Positions 1 through 12,000 of a stretch of DNA of 64,000 bases are shown here, in pieces; position 1 is the stretch's first letter, and each line of letters starts with the position of its first letter. A program made the position numbers and the translations under genes. Source of the DNA: Eledone cirrhosa (taxonomy: Eukaryota); the NCBI GenBank assembly GCA_964016885.1, contig OZ024742.1:222890001-222954000 (forward strand), written 5' to 3'. The notes under the pieces are model-generated. The model did no database searches, was not told the origin of the DNA, and worked only from the letters and a program-made list of their open reading frames with translations.

Positions 1-3000
1 GTACAGAAACTCTTCTTCTGCCCGGTAGCTATAGTGAAAGAAGCTGTATGGTAGACATGGATGTACAGAAACTCTTCCTCTGTCTGGTAGCTATAGTGAA
101 AGAAGCTGTATGGTAGACATGGATGTACAGAAACTCTTCTGCTGCCTGGTAGCTATAGTGAAAGAAGCTGTATGGTAGACATGGATGTACAGAAACTCTT
201 CTGCTGCCTGGTAGCTATAGTGAAAGAAGCTGTATGGTAGACATGGATGTACAGAAACTCTTCCTCTGTCTGGTAGCTATAGTGAAAGAAGCTGTATGGT
301 AGACATGGATGTACAGAAACTCTTCTTCTGCCCGGTAGCTATAGTGAAAGAAGCTGTATGGTAGACATGGATGTACAGAAACTCTTCCTCTGTCTGGTAG
401 CTATAGTGAAAGAAGCTGTATGGTAGACATGGATGTACAGAAACTCTTCTGCTGCCTGGTAGCTATAGTGAAAGAAGCTGTATGGTAGACATGGATGTAC
501 AGAAACTCTTCTGCTGCCTGGTAGCTATAGTGAAAGAAGCTGTATGGTAGACATGGATGTACAGAAACTCTTCCTCTGCCTGGTAGCTATAGTGAAAGAA
601 GCTTTATGGTAGACATGGATGTACAGAAACTCTTCCTCTGCCTGGTAGCTATAGTGAAAGAAGCTTTATGGTAGACATGGATGTACAGAAACTCTTCCTC
701 TGCCCGGTAGCTATAGTGAAAGAAGCTGTATGGTAGACATGGATGTACAGAAACTCTTCTGCCTGGTAGCTATAGTGAAAGAAGCTGTATGGTAGACATG
801 GATGTACAGAAATTCTTCGTCTGCCTGGTAGCTATAGTGAAAGAAGCTGTATGGTAGACATGAATGTACAGAAACTCTTCTTCTGTTTGGTAGCTATAGT
901 GAAAGAAGCTGTATGGTAGACATGGATGTACAGAAACTCTTCTTCTGCCTGGTAGCTATAGTGAAAGAAGCTTTATGGTAGACATGGATGTACAGAAACT
1001 CTTCCTCTGCCTGGTAGCTATAGTGAAAGAAGCTGTATGGTAGACATAGATGTACAGAAACTCTTCTTCTGCCTGGTAGCTATAGTGAAAGAAGCTGTAT
1101 GGTAGACATGGATGTACAGAAATTCTTCGTCTGCCTGGTAGCTATAGTGAAAGAAGCTGTATGGTAGACATGGATGTACAGAAACTCTTCCTCTGCCTGG
1201 TAGCTATAGTGAAAGAAGCTGTATGGTAGACATGGATGTACAGAAACTCTTCCTCTGCCTGGTAGCTATAGTGAAAGAAGCTGTATGGTAGACATGGATG
1301 TACAGAAAGTCTTCCTCTGTCTGGTAGCTATAGTGAAAGAAGCTTTATGGTAGACATGGATGTACAGAAACTCTTCCTCTGCCTGGTAGCTATAGTGAAA
1401 GAAGCTGTATGGTAGACATGGATGTACAGAAACTCTTCCTCTGCCTGGTAGCTATAGTGAAAGAAGCTGTATGGTAGACATGGATGTACAGAAACTCTTC
1501 CTCTGTCTGGTAGCTATAGTGAAAGAAGCTGTATGGTAGACATGGATGTACAGAAACTCTTCTTCTGCCCGGTAGCTATAGTGAAAGAAGCTCTATGGTA
1601 GACATAGATGTACAGAAACTCTTCTTCTGCCTGGTAGCTATAGTGAAAGAAGCTGTATGGTAGACATGGATGTACAGAAACTCTTCCTCTGCCTGGTAGC
1701 TATAGTGAAAGAAGCTGTATGATAGACATGGATGTACAGAAACTCTTCTTCTGTCTGGTAGCTATAGTCAAAGAAGCTGTATGGTAGACATGGATGTACA
1801 GAAACTCATCCTCTGCCTGGTAGCTATAGTGAAAGAAGCTGTATGGTAGACATAGATGTACAGAAACTCTTCTGCCTGGTAGCTATAGTGAAAGAAGCTG
1901 TATGGTAGACATGGATGTACAGAAATTCTTCGTCTGCCTGGTAGCTATAGTGAAAGAAGCTGTATGGTAGACATGAATGTACAGAAACTCTTCTTCTGTC
2001 TGGTAGCTATAGTGAAAGAAGCTGTATGGTAGATATGGATGTACAGAAACTCTTCCTCTGCCTGGTAGCTATAGTGAAAGAAGCTGTATGGTAGACATGG
2101 ATGTACAGAAACTCTTCCTCTATCTGGTAGCTATAGTGAAAGAAGCTGTATGGTAGACATGGATGTACAGAAACTCTTCTTCTGCCCGGTAGCTATAGTG
2201 AAAGAAGCTGTATGGTAGACATGGATGTACAGAAACTCTTCTTCTGTCTGGTAGCTATAGTGAAAGAAGCTGTATGGTAGACATGGATGTACAGAAACTC
2301 TTCTTCTGCCCGGTAGCTATAGTGAAAGAAGCTGTATGGTAGACATAGATGTACAGAAACTCTTCTTCTGCCTGGTAGCTATAGTGAAAGAAGCTGTATG
2401 GTAGACATGGATGTACAGAAACTCTTCCTCTGCCTGGTAGCTATAGTGAAAGAAGCTGTATGGTAGACATGGATGTACAGAAACTCTTCTTCTGTCTGGT
2501 AGCTATAGTCAAAGAAGCTGTATGGTAGACATGGATGTACAGAAACTCATCCTCTGCCTGGTAGCTATAGTGAAAGAAGCTGTATGGTAGACATAGACGT
2601 ACAGAAACTCTTCTGCCTGGTAGCTATAGTGAAAGAAGCTGTATGGTAGACATGGATGTACAGAAATTCTTCGTCTGCCTGGTAGCTATAGTGAAAGAAG
2701 CTGTATGGTAGACATGGATGTACAGAAACTCTTCTTCTGCCCGGTAGCTATAGTGAAAGAAGCTGTATGGTAGACATGGATGTACAGAAACTCTTCCTCT
2801 GCCTGGTAACTATAGTGAAAGAAGCTGTATGGTAGACATGAATGTACAGAAACTCTTCTTCTGTCTGGTAGCTATAGTGAAAGAAGCTGTATGGTAGATA
2901 TGGATGTACAGGAAGTCTTCCTCTGCCTGGTAGCTATAGTGAAAGAAGCTGTATGGTAGACATGGATGTACAGAAACTCTTCCTCTGCCTGGTAGCTATA

Positions 3001-6000
3001 GTGAAAGAAGATGTATGGTAGACATGAACGTACAGAAACTCTTCTTCTGTCTGGTAGCTATAGTGAAAGAAGCTGTATGGTAGACATGGATGTACAGGAA
3101 CTCTTCTGCCCGGTAGCTATAGTGAAAGAAGCTGTATGGTAGACATGGATGTACAGAAAGTCTTCCTCTGCCTGGTAGCTATAGTGAAAGAAGCTGTATG
3201 GTAGACATGGATGTACAGAAACTCTTCCTCTGTCTGGTAGCTATAGTGAAAGAAGCTGTATGGTAGACATGGATGTACAGAAACTCTTCCTCTGCCTGGT
3301 AGCTATAGTGAAAGAAGCTGTATGGTAGACATGGATGTACAGAAACTCTTCCTCTGCCTGGTAGCTATAGTGAAAGAAGCTGTATGGTAGACATGGATGT
3401 ACAGAAACTCTTCTTCTGCCTGGTAGCTATAGTGAAAGAAGCTGTATGGTAGACATGGATGTACAGAAACTCTTCTTCTGCCTGGTAGCTATAGTGAAAG
3501 AAGCTGTATGGTAGACATGGATGTACAGAAAGTCTTCCTCTGCCCGGTAGCTATAGTGAAATAAGCTGTATGGTAGACATGGATGTACAGAAACTCTTCC
3601 TCTGCCTGGTAGCTATAGTGAAAGAAGCTGTATGGTAGACATGGATGTACAGAAAGTCTTCCTCTGCCTGGTAGCTATAGTGAAAGAAGCTGTATGGTAG
3701 ACATGAACGTACAGAAACTCTTCTTCTGTCTGGTAGCTATAGTGAAAGAAGCTGTATGGTAGATATGGATGTACAGAAAGTCTTCCTCTGCCTGGTAGCT
3801 ATAGTGAAAGAAGCCGTATGGTAGACATGGATGTACAGAAAATCTTCCTCTGTCTGGTAGCTATAGTGAAAGAAGCTGTATGGTTGACATGGATGTACAG
3901 AAACTCTTCCTCTGCCTGGTAGCTATAGTGAAAGAAGCTGTATGGTAGACATGGATGTACAGAAACTCTTCTTCTGTCTGGTAGCTATAGTGAAAGAAGC
4001 TGTATGGTAGACATAGATGTACAGAAACTCTTCTTCTGCCTGGTAGCTATAGTGAAAGAAGCTGTATGGTAGACATAGATGTACAGGAACTCTTCTGCTG
4101 CCTGGTAGCTATAGTGAAAGAAGCTGTATGGTAGACATGAACGTACAGAAACTCTTCTTCTGTCTGGTAGCTATAGTGAAAGAAGCTGTATGGTAGACAT
4201 AGATGTACAGAAACTCTTCTTCTGCCTGGTAGCTATAGTGAAAGAAGCTGTATGGTAGACATGGATGTACAGAAACTCTTACTCTGTCTGGTAGCTATAG
4301 TGAAAGAAGCTGTATGGTAGACATGGATGTACAGAAACTCTTCCTCTGTCTGGTAGCTATAGTGAAAGAAGCTGTATGGTAGACATGGATGTACAGAAAC
4401 TCTTCTTCTGCCTGGTAGCTATAGTGAAAGAAGCTGTATGGTAGACATGGATGTACAGAAACTCTTCCTCTGTCTGGTAGCTATAGTGAAAGAAGCTGTA
4501 TGGTAGACATGGATGTACAGAAACTCTTCTTCTGCCCGGTAGCTATAGTGAAAGAAGCTGTATGGTAGACATAGATGTACAGAAACTCTTCTTCTGCCTG
4601 GTAGCTATAGTGAAAGAAGCTTTATGGTAGACATGGATGTACAGAAACTCTTCCTCTGTCTGGTAGCTATAGTGAAAGAAGCTGTATGGTAGACATGGAT
4701 GTACAGAAACTCTTCTTCTGCCCGGTAGCTATAGTGAAAGAAGCTGTATGGTAGACATGGATGTACAGAAACTCTTCCTCTGTCTGGTAGCTATAGTGAA
4801 AGAAGCTGTATGGTAGACATGGATGTACAGAAACTCTTCTGCTGCCTGGTAGCTATAGTGAAAGAAGCTGTATGGTAGACATGGATGTACAGAAACTCTT
4901 CCTCTGCCTGGTAGCTATAGTGAAAGAAGCTTTATGGTAGACATGGATGTACAGAAACTCTTCCTCTGCCTGGTAGCTATAGTGAAAGAAGCTTTATGGT
5001 AGACATGGATGTACAGAAACTCTTCTTCTGTCTGGTAGCTATAGTCAAAGAAGCTGTATGGTAGACATGGATGTACAGAAACTCATCCTCTGCCTGGTAA
5101 CTATAGTGAAAGAAGCTGTATGGTAGACATAGATGTACAGAAACTCTTCTGCCTGGTAGCTATAGTGAAAGAAGCTGTATGGTAGACATGGATGTACAGA
5201 AATTCTTCGTCTGCCTGGTAGCTATAGTGAAAGAAGCTGTATGGTAGACATGAATGTACAGAAACTCTTCTTCTGTCTGGTAGCTATAGTGAAAGAAGCT
5301 GTATGGTAGATATGGATGTACAGAAACTCTTCCTCTGCCTGGTAGCTATAGTGAAAGAAGCTGTATGGTAGACATGGATGTACAGAAATTCTTCGTCTGC
5401 CTGGTAGCTATAGTGAAAGAAGCTGTATGGTAGACATGAATGTACAGAAACTCTTCTTCTGTCTGGTAGCTATAGTGAAAGAAGCTGTATGGTAGATATG
5501 GATGTACAGAAACTCTTCCTCTGCCTGGTAGCTATAGTGAAAGAAGCTGTATGGTAGACATGGATGTACAGAAACTCTTCCTCTGTCTGGTAGCTATAGT
5601 GAAAGAAGCTGTATGGTAGACATGGATGTACAGAAACTCTTCTTCTGCCTGGTAGCTATAGTGAAAGAAGCTGTATGGTAGACATGGATGTACAGAAACT
5701 CTTCTTCTGCCCGGTAGCTATAGTGAAAGAAGCTGTATGGTAGACATGGATGTACAGAAACTCTTCTGTCTGGTAGCTATAGTGAAAGAAGCTGTATGGT
5801 AGACATGGATGTACAGAAACTCTTCTTCTGCCCGGTAGCTATAGTGAAAGAAGCTGTATGGTAGACATAGATGTACAGAAACTCTTCTTCTGCCTGGTAG
5901 CTATAGTGAAAGAAGCTGTATGGTAGACATGGATGTACAGAAACTCTTCCTCTGCCTGGTAGCTATAGTGAAAGAAGCTGTATGGTAGACATGGATGTAC

Positions 6001-9000
6001 AGAAACTCTTCTTCTGTCTGGTAGCTATAGTCAAAGAAGCTGTATGGTAGACATGGATGTACAGAAACTCATCCTCTGCCTGGTAGCTATAGTGAAAGAA
6101 GCTGTATGGTAGACATAGACGTACAGAAACTCTTCTGCCTGGTAGCTATAGTGAAAGAAGCTGTATGGTAGACATGGATGTACAGAAATTCTTCGTCTGC
6201 CTGGTAGCTATAGTGAAAGAAGCTGTATGGTAGACATGGATGTACAGAAACTCTTCTTCTGCCCGGTAGCTATAGTGAAAGAAGCTGTATGGTAGACATG
6301 GATGTACAGAAACTCTCCCTCTGCCTGGTAGCTATAGTGAAAGAAGCTGTATGGTAGACATGGATGTACAGAAACTCTTCTTCTGCCTGGTAGCTATAGT
6401 GAAAGAAGATGTATGGTAGACATGAACGTACAGAAACTCTTCTTCTGTCTGGTAGCTATAGTGAAAGAAGCTGTATGGTAGACATAGATGTACAGAAACT
6501 CTTCTTCTGCCTGGTAGCTATAGTGAAAGAAGCTGTATGGTAGACATGGATGTACAGAAACTCTTCCTCTGCCTGGTAGCTATAGTGAAAGAAGCTGTAT
6601 GGTAGACATGGATGTACAGAAACTCTTCTGCTGCCTGGTAACTATAGTGAAAGAAGCTGTATGGTAGACATGAATGTACAGAAACTCTTCTTCTGTCTGG
6701 TAGCTATAGTGAAAGAAGCTGTATGGTAGATATGGATGCACAGAAACTCTTCCTCTGCCCGGTAGCTATAGTGAAAGAAGCTGTATGGTAGACATGGGAT
6801 ACAGGAACTCTTCTGCCCGGTAGCTATAGTGAAAGAAGCTGTATGGTAGACATGGATGTACAGAAAGTCTTCCTCCGCCTGGTAGCTATAGTGAAAGAAG
6901 CTGTATGGTAGACATGGATGTACAGAAACTCTTCCTCTACCTGGTAGCTATAGTGAAAGAAGCTTTATGGTAGACATGGATGTACAGAAACTCTTCCTCT
7001 GTCTGGTAGCTATAGTGAAAGAAGCTGTATGGTAGACATGGATGTACAGAAACTCTTCCTCTGCCTGGTAGCTATAGTGAAAGAAGCTGTATGGTAGACA
7101 TGGATGTACAGAAACTCTTCCTCTACCTGGTAGCTATAGTGAAAGAAGCTTTATGGTAGACATGGATGTACAGAAACTCTTCCTCTGTCTGGTAGCTATA
7201 GTGAAAGAAGCTGTATGGTAGACATGGATGTACAGAAACTCTTCTTCTGCCCGGTAGCTATAGTGAAAGAAGCTGTATGGTAGACATGGATGTACAGAAA
7301 CTCTTCCTCTGTCTGGTAGCTATAGTGAAAGAAGCTGTATGGTAGACATGGATGTACAGAAACTCTTCTGCTGCCTGGTAGCTATAGTGAAAGAAGCTGT
7401 ATGGTAGACATGAATGTACAGAAACTCTTCTTCTGTCTGGTAGCTATAGTGAAAGAAGCTGTATGGTAGACATGGATGTACAGAAACTCTTCCTCTGCCT
7501 GGTAGCTATAGTGAAAGAAGCTGTATGGTAGACATGGATGTACAGAAACTCTTCTTCTGCCCGGTAGCTATAGTGAAAGAAGCTGTATGGTAGACATGGA
7601 TGTACAGAAACTCTTCTGCCCGGTAGCTATAGTGAAAGAAGCTGTATGGTAGACATGGATGTACAGAAAGTCTTCCTCTGCCTGGTAGCTATAGTGAAAG
7701 AAGCTGTATGGTAGACATGGATGTACAGAAACTCTTCTGCTGCCTGGTAGCTATAGTGAAAGAAGCTGTATGGTAGACATGGATGTACAGAAACTCTTCC
7801 TCTGTCTGGTAGCTATAGTGAAAGAAGCTGTATGGTAGACATGGATGTACAGAAACTCTTCCTCTGCCTGGTAGCTATAGTGAAAGAAGCTGTATGGTAG
7901 ACATGGATGTACAGAAACTCTTCCTCTGCCTGGTAGCTATAGTGAAAGAAGCTGTATGGTAGACATGGATGTACAGAAACTCTTCCTCTGTCTGGTAGCT
8001 ATAGTGAAAGAAGCTGTATGGTAGACATGGATGTACAGAAACTCTTCCTCTGCCTGGTAGCTATAGTGAAAGAAGCTGTATGGTAGACATGGATGTACAG
8101 AAACTCTTCTTCTGTCTGGTAGCTATAGTCAAAGAAGCTGTATGGTAGACATGGATGTACAGAAACTCTTCCTCTGCCCGGTAGCTATAGTGAAAGAAGC
8201 TGTATGGTAGACATGGATGTACAGAAACTCTTCTACTGCCTGGTAGCTATAGTGAAAGAAGCTGTATGGTAGACATGGATGTACAGAAACTCTTCCTCTG
8301 TCTGGTAGCTATAGTGAAAGAAGCTGTATGGTAGACATGGATGTACAGAAACTCTTCCTCTGCCTGGTAGCTATAGTGAAAGAAGCTGTATGGTAGACAT
8401 GGATGTACAGAAACTCTTCCTCTGCCTGGTAGCTATAGTGAAAGAAGCTGTATGGTAGACATGGATGTACAGAAACTCTTCCTCTGCCTGGTAGCTATAG
8501 TGAAAGAAGCTGTATGGTAGACATGAATGTACAGAAACTCTTCTTCTGTCTGGTAGCTATAGTGAAAGAAGCTGTATGGTAGACATGGATGTACAGAAAG
8601 TCTTCCTCTGCCTGGTAGCTATAGTGAAAGAAGCTGTATGGTAGACATGGATGTACAGAAACTCTTCCTCTGTCTGGTAGCTATAGTGAAAGAAGCTGTA
8701 TGGTAGACATGGATGTACAGAAACTCTTCCTCTGCCTGGTAACTATAGTGAAAGAAGCTGTATGGTAGACATGGATGTACAGAAACTCTTCCTCTGCCCG
8801 GTAGCTATAGTGAAAGAAGCTGTATGGTAGACATGGATGTACAGAAACTCTTCCTCTGCCTGGTAGCTATAGTGAAAGAAGCTGTATGGTAGACATGGAT
8901 GTACAGAAACTCTTCCTCTGCCTGGTAGCTATAGTGAAAGAAGCTGTATGGTAGACATGAATGTACAGAAACTCTTCTTCTGTCTGGTAGCTATAGTGAA

Positions 9001-12000
9001 AGAAGCTGTATGGTAGACATGGATGTACAGAAAGTCTTCCTCTGCCTGGTAGCTATAGTGAAAGAAGCTGTATGGTAGACATGGATGTACAGAAACTCTT
9101 CCTCTGTCTGGTAGCTATAGTGAAAGAAGCTGTATGGTAGACATGGATGTACAGAAACTCTTCCTCTGCCTGGTAGCTATAGTGAAAGAAGCTCTATGGT
9201 AGACATGGATGTACAGAAACTCTTCCTCTGCCTGGTAGCTATAGTGAAAGAAGCTTTATGGTAGACATGGATGTACAGAAACTCTTCTTCTGTCTGGTAA
9301 CTATAGTGAAAGAAGCTGTATGGTAGACATGGATGTGCAGAAACTCTTCTTCTGCCCGGTAGCTATAGTGAAAGAAGCTGTATGGTAGACATGGATGTAC
9401 AGAAACTCTTCCTCTGTCTGGTAGCTATAGTGAAAGAAGCTGTATGGTAGACATGGATGTACAGAAACTCTTCTTCTGCCCGGTAGCTATAGTGAAAGAA
9501 GCTGTATGGTAGACATGGATGTACAGAAACTCTTCCTCTGTCTGGTAGCTATAGTGAAAGAAGCTGTATGGTAGACATGGATGTACAGAAACTCTTCTTC
9601 TGCCCGGTAGCTATAGTGAAAGAAGCTGTATGGTAGACATGGATGTACAGAAACTCTTCCTCTGTCTGGTAGCTATAGTGAAAGAAGCTGTATGGTAGAC
9701 ATGGATGTACAGAAACTCTTCCTCTGCCTGGTAGCTATAGTGAAAGAAGCTGTATGGTAGACATGGATGTACAGAAACTCTTCCTCTGCCTGGTAGCTAT
9801 AGTGAAAGAAGCTGTATGGTAGACATGGATGTACAGAAACTCTTCCTCTGCCTGGTAGCTATAGTGAAAGAAGCTGTATGGTAGACATGAATGTACAGAA
9901 ACTCTTCTTCTGTCTGGTAGCTATAGTGAAAGAAGCTGTATGGTAGACATGGATGTACAGAAAGTCTTCCTCTGCCTGGTAGCTATAGTGAAAGAAGCTG
10001 TATGGTAGACATGGATGTACAGAAACTCTTCCTCTGTCTGGTAGCTATAGTGAAAGAAGCTGTATGGTAGACATGGATGTACAGAAACTCTTCCTCTGCC
10101 TGGTAGCTATAGTGAAAGAAGCTGTATGGTAGACATGGATGTACAGAAACTCTTCTTCTGTCTGGTAACTATAGTGAAAGAAGCTGTATGGTAGACATGG
10201 ATGTACAGAAACTCTTCCTCTGTCTGGTAACTATAGTGAAAGAAGCTGTATGGTAGACATGGATGTGCAGAAACTCTTCTTCTCTCTGGTAGCTATAGTG
10301 AAAGAAGCTGTATGGTAGACATGGATGTACAGAAACTCTTCCTCTGTCTGGTAGCTATTGTGAAAGAAGCTGTATGGTAGACATGGATGTACAGAAACTC
10401 TTCCTCTGCCTGGTAGCTATAGTGAAAGAAGCTTTATGGTAGACATGGATGTACAGAAACTCTTCCTCTGTCTGGTAGCTATAGTGAAAGAAGCTGTATG
10501 GTAGACATGGATGTACAGAAACTCTTCTTCTGCCCGGTAGCTATAGTGAAAGAAGCTGTATGGTAGACATGGATGTACAGAAACTCTTCCCCTGTCTGGT
10601 AGCTATAGTGAAAGAAGCTGTATGGTAGACATGGATGTACAGAAACTCTTCTGCTGCCTGGTAGCTATAGTGAAAGAAGCTGTATGGTAGACATGGATGT
10701 ACAGAAACTCTTCCTCTGTCTGGTAGCTATAGTGAAAGAAGCTGTATGGTAGACATGGATGTACAGAAACTCTTCTTCTGCCCGGTAGCTATAGTGAAAG
10801 AAGCTGTATGGTAGACATGGATGTACAGAAACTTTTCCTCTGCCTGGTAGCTATAGTGAAAGAAACTTTATGGTAGACATGGATGTACAGAAACTCTTCC
10901 TCTGCCTGGTAGCTATAGTGAAAGAAGCTGTATGGTAGACATGGATGTACAGAAACTCTTCCTCTGCCTGGTAGCTATAGTGAAAGAAGCTGTATGGTAG
11001 ACATGGATGTACAGAAACTCTTCCTCTGTCTGGTAGCTATAGTGAAAGAAGCTGTATGGTAGACATGGATGTACAGAAACTCTTCCTCTGCCTGGTAGCT
11101 ATAGTGAAAGAAGCTGTATGGTAGACATGGATGTACAGAAACTCTTCCTCTGTCTGGTAGCTATAGTGAAAGAAGCTGTATGGTAGACATGGATGTACAG
11201 AAACTCTTCCTCTGCCTGGTAGCTATAGTGAAAGAAGCTGTATGGTAGACATGGATGTACAGAAACTCTTCCTCTGCCTGGTAGCTATAGTGAAAGAAGC
11301 TGTATGGTAGACATGGATGTACAGAAACTCTTCCTCTGCCTGGTAGCTATAGTGAAAGAAGCTGTATGGTAGACATGAATGTACAGAAACTCTTCCTCTG
11401 TCTGGTAGCTATAGTGAAAGAAGCTGTATGGTAGACATGGATGTACAGAAACTCTTCTGCTGCCTGGTAGCTATAGTGAAAGAAGCTGTATGGTAGACAT
11501 GGATGTACAGAATCTCTTCTTCTGCCCGGTAGCTATAGTGAAAGAAGCTGTATGGTAGACATGGATGTACAGAAACTCTTCTTCTGTCTGGTAACTATAG
11601 TGAAAGAAGCTGTATGGTAGACATGGATGTACAGAAACTCTTCCTCTGCCTGGTAACTATAGTGAAAGAAGCTGTATGGTAGACATGGATGTACAGAAAC
11701 TCTTCCTCCGCCTGGTAGCTATAGTGAAAGAAGCTTTATGGTAGACATGGATGTACAGAAACTCTTCCTCTGCCTGGTAGCTATAGTGAAAGAAGCTTTT
11801 TGGTAGACATGGATGTACAGAAACTCTTCCTCTGTCTGGTAGCTATAGTGAAAGAAGCTGTATGGTAGACATGGATGTACAGAAACTCTTCTTCTGCCCG
11901 GTAGCTATAGTGAAAGAAGCTGTATGGTAGACATGGATGTACAGAAACTCTTCCTCTGTCTGGTAGCTATAGTGAAAGAAGCTGTATGGTAGACATGGAT

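Noticed and set aside
29-37. Minus-strand TCACTATAG resembling the 3' end of the T7/SP6 promoter, suggesting a synthetic or rolling-circle concatemer
   Set aside because: Only 8-9 bases match and the upstream specificity region is missing. The hierarchically shared variants indicate natural evolution, not in vitro concatemerisation.
1-124. Satellite-encoded hammerhead ribozyme (GAAA motifs plus stems, as in newt or schistosome satellites)
   Set aside because: GAAAC is present, but the required CUGANGA core is absent on both strands of the monomer and its junction.
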